Origin: Peptococcaceae bacterium
GTDB lineage: Bacteria > Bacillota > Dehalobacteriia > UBA4068 > JAAVYR01
Assembly: GCA_022791255.1 (NCBI GenBank)
Contig: JAAVYR010000004.1
Span: 92,094-156,093, forward strand
Direction of reading: 5' to 3'
Length of the DNA: 64,000 nt
Shown here in pieces: positions 38,116 to 48,486 of this stretch; positions within the stretch are counted from its first letter, which is position 1; each line of letters starts with the position of its first letter. The notes under the pieces are model-generated. The model was not told the DNA's origin, did no database searches, and was given only the letters and a program-made list of their open reading frames with translations. Made by a program: the position numbers and the translations under genes.

Positions 38116-38851
38116 TGGCGTCCTCCTGTAAGATAGCTAAGCTCTTTTGCAGGGATTGCAATTGCTTATCCAGCTTTTCGATACGTTCGCTAATAGCAGC
38201 ACGGCTTTCTTGGCTGCTGGAGCCGATGGCAGCGCCTGTTTCTTCTAAGAGGCTGACGATTTCGTCAAAGTTAGTTTCCATACGACCCAGGGTCTCTCCC
38301 ATTTCGGCAATGGCTGCGTCGTTTTTGGCACGGATATCTGCCAGCTCTGTTTGGATATAGGTCATCATCTCCTGCTTATCAGCATTCAGCTTATAAAAAA
38401 TACCTAAAAAAGAACCAATGCAGATAACAGCTGCCCCTATCAGGGCAATCACCGTATGTTTATCCATAGATACAGATTTATCTTTTGTTCTTTCTGCAGC
38501 AAGTTTGCTGCCTGTTTCTCTTTCTTGCTGTCTACGAGAAGATTTTTTACGGTCTTTGGCAGCAGGCGTCCGCTCCTGCTTGCGAGGAGCAAACATATCT
38601 TCTTCAGATTTTCTTTGCTGTTGGATAGGGGCTTCTTCTCTGTACGAAAAATCAGTTTCATCTAGAGGGTTTTGCGTTAGCTGGCCCACGGCACGAAGGA
38701 GCTGATTTCTATCGATAGCAATACTACCGTCTGCTTTTTCTGCAGCTAAAGGAGAAGGAGTTTCTTCTTCTGTGGGAGTTTTACCATCTAATTGTTCCCA
38801 GAAGGAGTCTGTATCTGAAATTTTATTTTTATCTTGATGAAACTTATCCAA
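38099..38851 (-). CDS. Hypothetical membrane-anchored coiled-coil protein.
   Basis: 250 aa, basic/acidic N-region, one TM (VIALIGAAVICIGSFLGIF), C-terminal coiled coil. Confidence 0.45.
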   Translation of the reverse strand: MDKFHQDKNKISDTDSFWEQLDGKTPTEEETPSPLAAEKADGSIAIDRNQLLRAVGQLTQNPLDETDFSYREEAPIQQQRKSEEDMFAPRKQERTPAAKDRKKSSRRQQERETGSKLAAERTKDKSVSMDKHTVIALIGAAVICIGSFLGIFYKLNADKQEMMTYIQTELADIRAKNDAAIAEMGETLGRMETNFDEIVSLLEETGAAIGSSSQESRAAISERIEKLDKQLQSLQKSLAILQEDANGRKK

Positions 38852-38907
38852 TGTAACTACCTCTCTTTATCTTGGTCGGATTATCTCCATTATTTTCATT
38901 ATTCCCA

Positions 38908-39168
38908 TTATTCCCAATGAAAGGGATGTCGGTCGCTTCGCTTTTTTAATGTTTGGCTGGAAATAGGCGATAAATACAGTGCCTCTTCTGTCAGTATCAG
39001 AGATTTTATTTTATCTTGGTCCTTACAGGTAAAAATAGGCTTTTTTCTCTGTTGAAAACTTTTATAAAAAGATATATTGGCATTGCGCTCCTTATCAGTC
39101 TCCCAATTTAAGATGGCAATAATATCTTTTTTTGCTAATAATATATTATCCCCAATATGTAAAAACAT
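38908..39168 (-). CDS. remB: DUF370/RemB (YaaB)-like small protein.
   Basis: MFLHIGDNILLAKKDIIAIL N-terminus and the conserved position immediately downstream of recF, as B. subtilis yaaB. Confidence 0.55.
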   Translation of the reverse strand: MFLHIGDNILLAKKDIIAILNWETDKERNANISFYKSFQQRKKPIFTCKDQDKIKSLILTEEALYLSPISSQTLKKRSDRHPFHWE

Positions 39169-39242
39169 AATGCTACCTGCTTCCTAATTTTTGTAATTGT
39201 TTTCACAACTTCTTCACAAATACTAATTTATATTACTTTATA

Positions 39243-40415
39243 CTACTTTACTATGCCACCGTCTATAATGATGGTCTTACCATAATGAGAAAAAATATTC
39301 ATCTTTGTATCTGTAATCAAAGTCTGAGTTTTCTCCCCTACCAATTTTAATAGCTGTTGGCACCGCTTCTCATCTAATTCTGAGGCTACATCATCTAAAA
39401 GCAGCACTGGATATTGACCGCTCTTCTGATGAAACAAATCAATCTCTGCTAGCTTCAAAGCAAGGGCCGCTGTCCTCTGCTGCCCTTGAGAACCAAATTG
39501 ACGAGCAGAAATACCATTAATGGTAATGGCAATATCATCTCTATGGGGTCCTACACCTGTAGTGCCTTTATACAAATCTTCCCGCCGATTTCTTTCTAAT
39601 GCCAGTTTTAACTGCTCTTTTAAAAAATCCTGCTGGGTACTGGAAGAAGTATGGTCTTTTTTCATCCTAGCTAAGGTTTGCCAAACTTCATCGTTTTGTT
39701 CCTTTTGACGGAAAAGAGCTGCTTCATAAGAAAGATGGATATATTCTTTACCATCGCTCAACAACCGATGAATTTTTTCAGCAAAGGGAAGGATATCTTC
39801 TAGTAGCTGTTGTCTTTTCAGTAAAATAGCACTACCATGACGGCTAAGTTCCTCGTCCCACACGGCAAGCATCTCGGGATCTGTCTCACCATAGGATTGC
39901 TTTAAATATTTATTTCGTTGTTCCACACTTTGCCGGTAAGCACTGTAAACAGGATAAAACTCCCCATCAAGCTGCAGTAGTTCCCTATTTAAAAACTTCC
40001 GACGAATAGCAGGACCGTCCTTTACCAGTGATAAGTCCTCTGGAGAAAAAATAACTGTCTGAAAATGTCCCAGCACTTGGCTGGTCTTTTTCAGGGCTTT
40101 GCCATTGATTTTCCATAATTTTCTTTTTTCCCTAGTATATCCCACAGACATCTCCAGGGGCGTCTCCTCACCAGAAAAAGGGTCTCTGCCCCTGACCCCG
40201 GCACATAAAAAAAAGTAGGGTTCCTGCCAGCGAATTAAATCTACATCGCTGCTATCCCGGTAAGAGCTAGCCAACGAAAAATAACAGCAAGCCTCTATGA
40301 GATTAGACTTTCCTTGTCCGTTTAACCCCGTAATTAGGTTAATATTTGGGTGCCATTGGATGAATTGCTCCTGATAATTACGAAAATTCCGCAGTAATAA
40401 AGACTCAATACGCAC
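39243..40415 (-). CDS. recF: DNA replication and repair protein RecF.
   Basis: GLNGQGKSNLIEA Walker A, LLLDDVASELD Walker B, conserved dnaA-dnaN-recF order. Confidence 0.9.
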   Translation of the reverse strand: MRIESLLLRNFRNYQEQFIQWHPNINLITGLNGQGKSNLIEACCYFSLASSYRDSSDVDLIRWQEPYFFLCAGVRGRDPFSGEETPLEMSVGYTREKRKLWKINGKALKKTSQVLGHFQTVIFSPEDLSLVKDGPAIRRKFLNRELLQLDGEFYPVYSAYRQSVEQRNKYLKQSYGETDPEMLAVWDEELSRHGSAILLKRQQLLEDILPFAEKIHRLLSDGKEYIHLSYEAALFRQKEQNDEVWQTLARMKKDHTSSSTQQDFLKEQLKLALERNRREDLYKGTTGVGPHRDDIAITINGISARQFGSQGQQRTAALALKLAEIDLFHQKSGQYPVLLLDDVASELDEKRCQQLLKLVGEKTQTLITDTKMNIFSHYGKTIIIDGGIVK

Positions 40416-40476
40416 CCTTTTTCACCTACTCTTTCTTAGACGCTTTCTCTTTTAAAAAAGTTTCTTTTTATTTTTA

Positions 40477-40692
40477 TTATTCTGTTACAACTTCATATTG
40501 GATATCTTCTACTGTTACTTGATCACCAACAAATATTTTTTTGCCAGGGGAAGTTTCCATACTGCCATTTACCAGAACCATACCATCTCTAATCATTTCT
40601 TTTGCCATGCTGCCATTTTCAGCGATACCGCACCACTTCAACAACTGCTGCAGCTGAATATATTCTGTATGAATAAATACTTTTTCCATCAT
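40477..40692 (-). CDS. yaaA: S4-domain RNA-binding protein (YaaA/RlbA-like).
   Basis: 71 aa, IQLQQLLKWCGIAENGSMAKEMIRDGMVLVNG. Position between dnaN and recF. Confidence 0.7.
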   Translation of the reverse strand: MMEKVFIHTEYIQLQQLLKWCGIAENGSMAKEMIRDGMVLVNGSMETSPGKKIFVGDQVTVEDIQYEVVTE

Positions 40693-40835
40693 GATGCCTC
40701 TTTTATCTCATAAATTTATGTTCTAATTATCTTTATCATATGTTATCTATTATATCAAATATCTATCTTAAAAAAAACTACCTCTTATCCCATTGCTTTG
40801 CATAAGAGGTAGCTTATTTTACTTTTATTTAATTC

Positions 40836-41936
40836 TTATCCAATCCTTACAGGCAGGATTAAATAAAGAAAGTTTTCATCAGCGTCGCTGGTAATAATCC
40901 CCGGTGTTACAGGCCCGGTCAGCTCCATATAAAGAGAGTCGCCTTCTATATTTTTTAATACTTCTAAAATATACTTGCTATTATAAACGACTTCTATCTC
41001 TTCCCCTTGATGAAGGATAGACATATGACCATCAATGGTACCTAAATCCGGTGCGCTAGCATGGAAACCCAATAAATCTTGACCAAAATGAAGCTTAATC
41101 ACACCTGCCCCTTCTCTTGCTACCACAGAAGCCCGTTCCATTTCTTGTAAGAAACGGCTGCTTTGAATGACGCTTTTCGTAATAAAAGCCTCTTTTTTCG
41201 GAATTACTTGATTATAATCAGGATATTGTCCATTAATCACCCGGGAAATAAAGGCAACTTGTCCTGTCCGGAAATAAATCTGATTTTTAGAAATAATCAA
41301 ATCAATCTGTTGATCCTCCGCTGCAAAGCGAGCAATCTCTTGCATAGTCTTAGCAGGAACGATAACCTTGCCCACACCTTTTCCCTGCCAAGGAATGACT
41401 TGTTTTGCCAAACGGTGGGTATCTGTAGCCACCATGACCAACTGACCTTCTATAAAATCTAACAACACCCCAGTAAAAACAGGTCTTGCTTCATTGGTAG
41501 AAGCAGCAAAAGCAACTTGTCTTACAATTTTCTTAAAAAGAGGTGCCGGAATAGAGCCTTCAATATCCCCCTGTACTTCTGGAAAGGCTGGAAAATCCAC
41601 TGGGTCCATACCACGGAACACAGTCTCAGAATTTTCATAGCTGACTGTCAAATCAAATTCTCCTGTTTGAGCTAAAACAATAGTACCTTGGGGTAAAAAA
41701 CGCACTAAATCTAAAAAGTTTTTACCTGGAACCACTACTTTCCCAGAAGCTTCTACTTCTGCAGGAATACAACACTCGATAGCTAACTCTAAATTTGTAG
41801 ATTGTAAGAAAAGACGGTCATCCTCTGCCCACAATAAAATACCAGATAACACTGGCAAAGTATTTTTACCAGAAACAGCACGGCTTACTGTCTGTACGCC
41901 ATAAAGCAAATCTTCCATCTGACAAGAAACTTTCAT
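40836..41936 (-). CDS. dnaN: DNA polymerase III beta sliding clamp.
   Basis: 366 aa, three-domain beta-clamp pattern, immediately downstream of dnaA/oriC. Confidence 0.9.
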   Translation of the reverse strand: MKVSCQMEDLLYGVQTVSRAVSGKNTLPVLSGILLWAEDDRLFLQSTNLELAIECCIPAEVEASGKVVVPGKNFLDLVRFLPQGTIVLAQTGEFDLTVSYENSETVFRGMDPVDFPAFPEVQGDIEGSIPAPLFKKIVRQVAFAASTNEARPVFTGVLLDFIEGQLVMVATDTHRLAKQVIPWQGKGVGKVIVPAKTMQEIARFAAEDQQIDLIISKNQIYFRTGQVAFISRVINGQYPDYNQVIPKKEAFITKSVIQSSRFLQEMERASVVAREGAGVIKLHFGQDLLGFHASAPDLGTIDGHMSILHQGEEIEVVYNSKYILEVLKNIEGDSLYMELTGPVTPGIITSDADENFLYLILPVRIG

Positions 41937-42488
41937 ATTCTTAAAATCCTTTCTCTCTGATCCTCAAAACAACCCAAATATCTCTATATTCTATTTTACC
42001 TATTTTTAACAAGAAATAAAATACTTTTCTATTTTTTCTGTTTATTGTTTTTTTTCATAGGTTTTTTCTAACATATAATCATCCTCTTAATCACAATGTT
42101 ATCCACATTATCCACAATCTTTGTGTATAACTAAAAGCCCTTATAAACCAAGAATTTTTTTTGTTCTCATGAAAATGATTTTCAGAAAAAAACTGTCATA
42201 ACATGGTCTTTTAATTAGTTATCCACAGTATCTTTGTGAATAATCCAAGTGGATAGTGGAATATTTTGATAAGTAGGCGACCTAATAAAAAAACTGTGAA
42301 CAAATGTGGATAAATTGGTGATGATTTTAAGATTATCCACTGACAAAAAAATGTATAAATGACCTGCAACACACTATAATAAAGGGGTTATCCACAAAAA
42401 ATTGCTACCCTTATTATTAATACTATTTAAAATAATAATAAATATAATAATATGCACAATCATAACAAAATAGAAGAAAACAGAAAAA
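41937..42488. other. oriC segment between dnaA and dnaN: DnaA-box cluster plus AT-rich DNA-unwinding element.
   Basis: TTATCCACA or 1-mismatch boxes at ~42098, 42108, 42228, 42305 (TGTGGATAA), 42342 and 42388. 60-bp AT tract (AATAATAATAAATATAATAATATGCACAATCATAAC) at 42405-42480. Confidence 0.75.
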
Positions 42489-43892
42489 TTATTTGTTAAT
42501 TAAATCAATAAGTTCATTAATAGCTCTGTTTAAATTTTCGTCGGTTACTTTTTCTGCAGAGATTTTTTCATAAGCATGCAGCACAGTTGTGTGGTCTCTG
42601 CCGCCAAACTCTTGTCCTACTTTTTGCAAAGGTTCTTCTAAAATATCCCGACAAAGATACATAGCAATCTGACGAGGATAAGCGATGGCCCTATCCCGAC
42701 GTTTATTTTTAAAATCTTCTACTTTTAAATGATAATAGTCTGCCACTACTTCTTGAATGGTATCAATGGTAACGGGCTTTTTGGGTTCATCAGGTAAAAG
42801 GCCTTTTAAAGCTTCACCAGCAATGGCTGGTGTAATCGTATTCAAACAATTAATATGTGCATAATAAATCACTTTGTTTAAAGCGCCTTCTAATTCTCGA
42901 ATATTAGAGTGAATGCGGGAAGCAATGAAAAATAACACTTCATCGGAGACAATAATATTTTCCCGTTGGGCTTTATATTGTAAAATAGCAATTCTCGTTT
43001 CTACATCCGGTGGCTGGATATCGGTAATCAGACCCATTTCAAAACGGGAACGCAGCCGTTCTTCTAAGGTAGGAATATCCTTGGGTGGACGGTCGCTGCT
43101 TAAAATAATCTGTTTGCCAGACTCAAAAAGGCTGTTAAAAGTATGGAAAAATTCTTCCTGGGTACTTTCTTTTCCAGAAATAAATTGGATATCGTCGACT
43201 AAAAGCGCGTCAGCATTCCGATATCTATTTTTAAAACTATGGGCTTTACCTAAACGAACAGAGGCAATAAATTCATTGGTGAAAGTTTCGGTAGAAACAA
43301 ACACTACATTAAAACCTGGATTATGTTGAATAAGATAGTAGGCTATGGCTTGCATCAGGTGAGTTTTACCAAGGCCGGAGCCACCATAAATAAAAAGAGG
43401 ATTATATGCTCTGGCTGGGCGCTCTGCTACTGCGTGGGCTGCAGCATGGGCAAAACGGTTTGAGTTGCCTACTACGAAAGTATCAAAGGTATATCTAGGA
43501 TTTAATTTATAATTATTGCCAGCAGAGATAAAGGAGTCAGTTTGTATTTCCTCTTCCTCTTCTTTTGGTTGGGCAAAATGATTGCTAAAAGAATTGCTTT
43601 CTCCACCTGTAAAATCAGTAGGAGAAGGCGTTTCTTCCCATTGATTTTCATTTTGATGAAAGGATATAAATAAGGGGTCTAGTTCTTCTCCTGATACAGT
43701 ACAAAGGGCATTCTTTACAATATGAGACATATTTTCTTCCATCCAGTCGCGGGCTACTTCTGTAGGCATGGCAATAATAAATTGATTTTTTTGCCGTGTG
43801 ACAGATAGAATAGAACGAAACCACCGTTCGTAACGGTCTTCTGGTATTTGTTGTCTAATAATGGTTTGGGCCTTTTGCCAAATATTGCTCAT
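42489..43892 (-). CDS. dnaA: Chromosomal replication initiator DnaA.
   Basis: 467 aa with AAA+ Walker A (GGSGLGKTHL), sensor motifs and C-terminal DNA-binding domain. Confidence 0.95.
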   Translation of the reverse strand: MSNIWQKAQTIIRQQIPEDRYERWFRSILSVTRQKNQFIIAMPTEVARDWMEENMSHIVKNALCTVSGEELDPLFISFHQNENQWEETPSPTDFTGGESNSFSNHFAQPKEEEEEIQTDSFISAGNNYKLNPRYTFDTFVVGNSNRFAHAAAHAVAERPARAYNPLFIYGGSGLGKTHLMQAIAYYLIQHNPGFNVVFVSTETFTNEFIASVRLGKAHSFKNRYRNADALLVDDIQFISGKESTQEEFFHTFNSLFESGKQIILSSDRPPKDIPTLEERLRSRFEMGLITDIQPPDVETRIAILQYKAQRENIIVSDEVLFFIASRIHSNIRELEGALNKVIYYAHINCLNTITPAIAGEALKGLLPDEPKKPVTIDTIQEVVADYYHLKVEDFKNKRRDRAIAYPRQIAMYLCRDILEEPLQKVGQEFGGRDHTTVLHAYEKISAEKVTDENLNRAINELIDLINK

Positions 43893-44200
43893 AGGTAGGA
43901 CGCCTCTTTCTAATTGTTGAACTGACTATTTTTTTATAGTTTTTGAAATAATTGCTGAAATGTAGGATGTAATGCTTATTTATGACGATATAGATACATG
44001 AAAAAAAATTTTGTTATAACTAAAGAAATTTGTTAAAAAAAGAAAAATGGGATTTTTTGGATAATTTGGATAATGTGTATAAGTTGTGTATAAAATAAAA
44101 AATTGCCCACTAAAAGTAAGAAAAGTACCTTGTAGATAATAAAATTTATTGGAAATAAAATTTATCCACAATTTGTGGATAAATTTTTAAATTTATAAAT
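43893..44200. other. Upstream oriC DnaA-box cluster (dnaA promoter region).
   Basis: Inverted perfect pair TTATCCACAattTGTGGATAA at 44162-44182 plus TGGATAAT repeats at 44058-44075. Confidence 0.7.
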
Positions 44201-44491
44201 GCAGTTTCATAATAACAGAGAGACTTGTCAAATTCAAGTAGATATTTTTTCCTACTATTACGATTATAATAGGGATAATCCAAAGATAATGGAACAATAA
44301 AAGGAAAAAAGTCTATAAAAGATATCTTACATATTTTCCAGGGAATGGCTTGACATTTCTACTTAAAAAAGATATACTTTTTTCGTTATACTGGGAGTAG
44401 ACCAGGGGGTTGTCTACAGCTTGCCGGCAGATGGATAGCTGTAAGGGCCCTTGTGGTAACAAATAAGAAAAAAGAGAGGAGAGATTGAAAA

Positions 44492-44626
44492 GTGAAACGC
44501 ACTTATCAACCAAAAAGAAGAGTTCATAAAAGAGTTCATGGCTTCTTGTCCAGAATGAGCAGCAAATCCGGTAGAAACGTATTAAAAAGAAGAAGAGCTA
44601 AAGGCAGAAAAGTTCTTTCTGCTTAG
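44492..44626 (+). CDS. rpmH: 50S ribosomal protein L34.
   Basis: GTG start with [56 protein letters not shown]. Below the track size cutoff. Confidence 0.9.
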   Translation: MKRTYQPKRRVHKRVHGFLSRMSSKSGRNVLKRRRAKGRKVLSA

Positions 44627-44755
44627 CCAGATGACGAAGGCCGCCTTCCGCGGTCTTTCTTTCTATTTATTATAAATTTATATTTTAAAGCCAATAGAAA
44701 GAAACATCTATAAAAAGTAATCATAAAAAAGTAATGATATGATAAGGTTCTATTT

Positions 44756-45112
44756 ATGTTAAAAAAAACATACCGTTTAACCAGAAGAAATGACTTTCGC
44801 CGCGTCTATGGCCGGGGAAAGTCAGTGGCGAATTACAGTATGGTATTGTATGTGGCTCCCAGCAGAAACCAATCTATGCGAATTGGTTTTTCTGTTTCTA
44901 AGAAAATAGGCAAAGCGGTTGTTCGCAATCGAGTAAAAAGATTGATGAGAGAGGCTTCTTTTCATTTGCTTCCCTCCTTTTCTCCTTATAAAGATTATGT
45001 CTTTATTGCGCGCAATGGCATCAAAGAACAAAGCTTGTTAGAAATAGAAAAACAAATGGCGTCTTTGTTAAAGAAAATCAAAGAAAACAAGAAAATAGAA
45101 CAAAGTAGATAA
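44756..45112 (+). CDS. rnpA: Ribonuclease P protein component.
   Basis: KTYRLTRRNDFRRVY..GKAVVRNRVKRLMRE. Conserved rpmH-rnpA order. Confidence 0.85.
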   Translation: MLKKTYRLTRRNDFRRVYGRGKSVANYSMVLYVAPSRNQSMRIGFSVSKKIGKAVVRNRVKRLMREASFHLLPSFSPYKDYVFIARNGIKEQSLLEIEKQMASLLKKIKENKKIEQSR

Positions 45113-45146
45113 AGTAGATAAAATGGGTATGTTTTTTTAAGAGGGT

Positions 45147-45365
45147 TTGATATTTGTGAAAAAATTGTGTATGGGTTTGATTTTGTTTTATCAAAAAGCC
45201 ATTTCGCCTTTATTGCCTGCACGGTGCAGATTTTATCCTACTTGTTCTCAATATGCTTTAGAAGCAGTGGAAAAATATGGGGTATGGAAGGGCGGTTGGA
45301 TGAGTGTGAAGCGCATTTGCCGTTGTCATCCATGGTCGCGCGGCGGCTATGACCCTGTAAAATAA
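45147..45365 (+). CDS. yidD: Membrane protein insertion efficiency factor YidD.
   Basis: [32 protein letters not shown] signature. Confidence 0.85.
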   Translation: MIFVKKLCMGLILFYQKAISPLLPARCRFYPTCSQYALEAVEKYGVWKGGWMSVKRICRCHPWSRGGYDPVK

Positions 45366-45397
45366 GTGAGGTGAACCGCATTTTTTGCGGAAAATAA

Positions 45398-46255
45398 TTG
45401 AGTAGTTTCATCAATCTAATTCAACAATTTGTTGAATATTTATTTGGTTTGACCCAATCTTTTGGGTTTCCCAGCTATGCGCTGGCTATTATTTTGCTTA
45501 CCATCATTGTAAAGGTATTATTATATCCTCTGATGCGGAAGCAAATGCAGTCTATGGCTACTTTGAATAAGTTACAGCCAAAGATTGCTGCTATTGACAG
45601 AAAATATGGTAAAAATCCCGCTAAGAAAAATGAAGCTTTAGTAAAGCTTTATCAACAAAACAATATTAATCCTATGGCAGGATGCTTGCCTTTACTTATT
45701 CAATTGCCTATTTTTGTTTGTTTATATCGCGCATTATTAAACTTTGAATACACTGGCGGGTTTGATAGCTTCTATTGGATTGAACATATAGGAAACCCAG
45801 ACCCTACAGGGATATATCTGCCTGTTTTAGTAGGGCTTAGCACCTATGCACAGCAGAAAATCATGATAACTAATAAAAATGACCGTATGCAAAACACGAT
45901 GCTCTATGTAATGCCAATTATGTTGGGTTTTATGGCAATTCGTTTTCCAGCTGGTCTTTGTCTCTACTGGATTACCTACAGCATTATCGGTACCTTGCAG
46001 CAGTTGGCAGTTAATCATGGCAGCTTATTTGGTGCTGTAAAGCATTATATGGATAAGAATAACGGGAATGCAGAAGCAGAAAAGGAAGACGCTGAAACTG
46101 ACAAAACTAATAAAGCAGATAAGACCAATAAGACTGGCAATCAAAAGAAAACTGAGAAAAAACAAGGCAAACAAAATAAGTCTGTTGAGAAACAGGAAGA
46201 GCCTGCTCAACAGCCAGAAGAGCTGGAACATCCTGACCAGCAGGATGAAGCGTAA
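45398..46255 (+). CDS. yidC: YidC/Oxa1-family membrane protein insertase (short Gram-positive form with K-rich tail).
   Basis: Conserved TM core (PLMRKQMQSM..LQP; NPMAGCLP..IQLPIF). C-terminal lysine-rich ribosome-binding tail. Confidence 0.85.
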   Translation: MSSFINLIQQFVEYLFGLTQSFGFPSYALAIILLTIIVKVLLYPLMRKQMQSMATLNKLQPKIAAIDRKYGKNPAKKNEALVKLYQQNNINPMAGCLPLLIQLPIFVCLYRALLNFEYTGGFDSFYWIEHIGNPDPTGIYLPVLVGLSTYAQQKIMITNKNDRMQNTMLYVMPIMLGFMAIRFPAGLCLYWITYSIIGTLQQLAVNHGSLFGAVKHYMDKNNGNAEAEKEDAETDKTNKADKTNKTGNQKKTEKKQGKQNKSVEKQEEPAQQPEELEHPDQQDEA

Positions 46256-46282
46256 GACATTGGTAAAGAAAGAGGGAAAAAG

Positions 46283-47017
46283 ATGTCTATTACAATAGAA
46301 AAAACAGCGAAAACTGTAGATGAAGCCATTGATAAAGCATTAAGCGAATTAAATGTTTCTATGGATGAAGCTGATGTAGAAATATTAGAAACTGGTAGCA
46401 AAGGTATTTTTGGCTTAGGTGGAAAGGACGCAAAGGTGCGGGTAACTGTAAAAGGGAAAGAAGAACCATTATCCTTTGCTGTTGCTGACCAACGAAAAGA
46501 GACTGAAAGTGTACCAGCTCCTGTTAAAAAGGCTGCTGTTCCTACAGATGATGGCGAAGTTGAAAAAATCGCTTTAAACTTCTTACAAGGTATTTTTGAT
46601 TATTTGAAGGTAACACCTGATATCGCTATAGAACGAAAGGAAGAGTCCTTGTGGTTGACAATGACAGGTGCTAACCTAGGCGTTATCATCGGTAGACGGG
46701 GAGAAACACTAGACTCTTTGCAATATCTGACTAATTTGGTGGTAAACCGTAAGGTGGCAGAAAAACAAAGAATTATCCTAGATGTAGAAGGATACCGCAA
46801 AACGAGAGAAGAAACGCTGCGGGATTTAGCGGAAAAAATGGCGGGTAAAGCTTTGAAAATGAATGGGCCATTGCGCCTAGAACCGATGAACCCCCATGAA
46901 CGGAGAATTATTCATATGACGCTGCAGGGAGACGAACGAGTAGAAACCTACAGCGAAGGGGAAGAACCTTTCCGTCGGGTCGTTATCAAGAAAAAGCGTC
47001 ATTTCCAAGATAAATAA
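46283..47017 (+). CDS. jag: Jag/KhpB (EloR) RNA-binding protein: Jag_N, KH and R3H domains.
   Basis: Jag_N at the start, KH GxxG (IIGRRGETLDSLQYL), C-terminal R3H. Terminator at 47024-47065. Confidence 0.85.
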   Translation: MSITIEKTAKTVDEAIDKALSELNVSMDEADVEILETGSKGIFGLGGKDAKVRVTVKGKEEPLSFAVADQRKETESVPAPVKKAAVPTDDGEVEKIALNFLQGIFDYLKVTPDIAIERKEESLWLTMTGANLGVIIGRRGETLDSLQYLTNLVVNRKVAEKQRIILDVEGYRKTREETLRDLAEKMAGKALKMNGPLRLEPMNPHERRIIHMTLQGDERVETYSEGEEPFRRVVIKKKRHFQDK

Positions 47018-47055
47018 ATAAAAAAAACTGCAACTTATGTTGCAGTTTTTTTTAT

Positions 47056-48174
47056 TTATTTTAAGTTTTCAGGATTTAATGGTTCTAGTTCAGGTAAAAC
47101 AAATCGTCCGTCTTTACGGATAAGCACATTGTCAAAGTAAATCTCTCCGCCGCCATATTCCGGACGATGAATAGCAACCAAATCCCAATGTACAGCGCTT
47201 TGGTTGCCATTATAGGCGTCGTCATAACAAGCACCAGGCGTAAAGTGAATACTGCCGCAAATCTTTTCATCAAACAAAATATCATAGAGCGGAGATAAGA
47301 CATAAGGGTTGACGCCAATGGCAAATTCCCCTACAAATCTAGCGCCTTCATCTGTGTCAAAAATGGCGTTTAATTCTTCTACATGGTCTGCAGCTGTAGC
47401 GTCGATGATTTTACCATCTTTGAAAGTCAGCTTGATATCTCGGAACACGATGCCTTGGTTTGGAGAAGCAACATTATAAGAAATGGTACCATTGACGCTA
47501 TTCTTTACTGGGGCGGTGTATACTTCCCCATCTGGAATATTACAGTTACCGGCGCATTTAATGGCGCCAATTCCTTTGATAGAGAAGGTTAAATCGGTAC
47601 CCGGCGCTATGATATGGACTTTATCTGTGTTATTCATTAAGAGCTGCAAAGCGTCCATGGCTTTATCCATCTTGCCATAATCTAGGTTACAAACGTCAAA
47701 GAAGAAATCTTCAAAGTCATCGGTAGTCATTTCTGCAGATTGAGCCATGCTATCGTTAGGGTAACGGAGAATGACCCATTTCGTTTTTGCTACGCGGATA
47801 TCGTGATGAACTGGTTTTTGATAAAGGCTGGCATAGGCTTGCATTTTTTCTGCTGGTATGCCAGACATTTCAAAAGCATTGGCTTTAGCGCGAATGCCAA
47901 TATAAGCGTCCATTTGGGCCATGCGAGCACAGTCCCACTCTGCCATGGCGGTGAGCTGAGCGTCTGTAATATCCATCAAAAGCTCCCTGAGAACGGGGCT
48001 ATTATTCATGGACACAAAAGGTTGACCGCCCTTTTGATATGCTAAACGAACTAACTCTTTGGTTAATTCATTGGTTTGACTGTCTGTTTCGATGAGCAGT
48101 TTTTCTCCTGGTTGGAGATTGACTGAATAATCTATAAGCTGATGAGCAAGCTTAGTAATTCTTGGGTCTTTCAT
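47056..48174 (-). CDS. M29-family aminopeptidase (AmpS/PepS-like).
   Basis: MKDPRITKLAHQLIDYSVNLQPGEKLLIE N-terminus typical of aminopeptidase T/II. RBS AAGGAAGG before the ATG at 48174. Confidence 0.7.
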   Translation of the reverse strand: MKDPRITKLAHQLIDYSVNLQPGEKLLIETDSQTNELTKELVRLAYQKGGQPFVSMNNSPVLRELLMDITDAQLTAMAEWDCARMAQMDAYIGIRAKANAFEMSGIPAEKMQAYASLYQKPVHHDIRVAKTKWVILRYPNDSMAQSAEMTTDDFEDFFFDVCNLDYGKMDKAMDALQLLMNNTDKVHIIAPGTDLTFSIKGIGAIKCAGNCNIPDGEVYTAPVKNSVNGTISYNVASPNQGIVFRDIKLTFKDGKIIDATAADHVEELNAIFDTDEGARFVGEFAIGVNPYVLSPLYDILFDEKICGSIHFTPGACYDDAYNGNQSAVHWDLVAIHRPEYGGGEIYFDNVLIRKDGRFVLPELEPLNPENLK

Positions 48175-48486
48175 AGCAATTCCTTCCTTTTTCAGTAATA
48201 TGGTTAGCAATATATTTCTGTAGAATTATTATAGCACTGTTCTCAAAAAATATACAATAAATACCATTATTTTTCTAGGATTTAAAATTTTTTTATTTTT
48301 TTATAAATTTTACTTGCAATTTTTGTTGACATGGTGTATTTTTATAATGAGGCGTTACCCAGCGATAAGACAACTTAATTTGGGGCACACCCCACACAGG
48401 TTTTTTAGTTTATTTGCGTTTATCTACATCTGTTCAGTTTTAGCTTTGCTTTGATTGATAAACAATTTTTTTAGGGGGTGCTTCAT

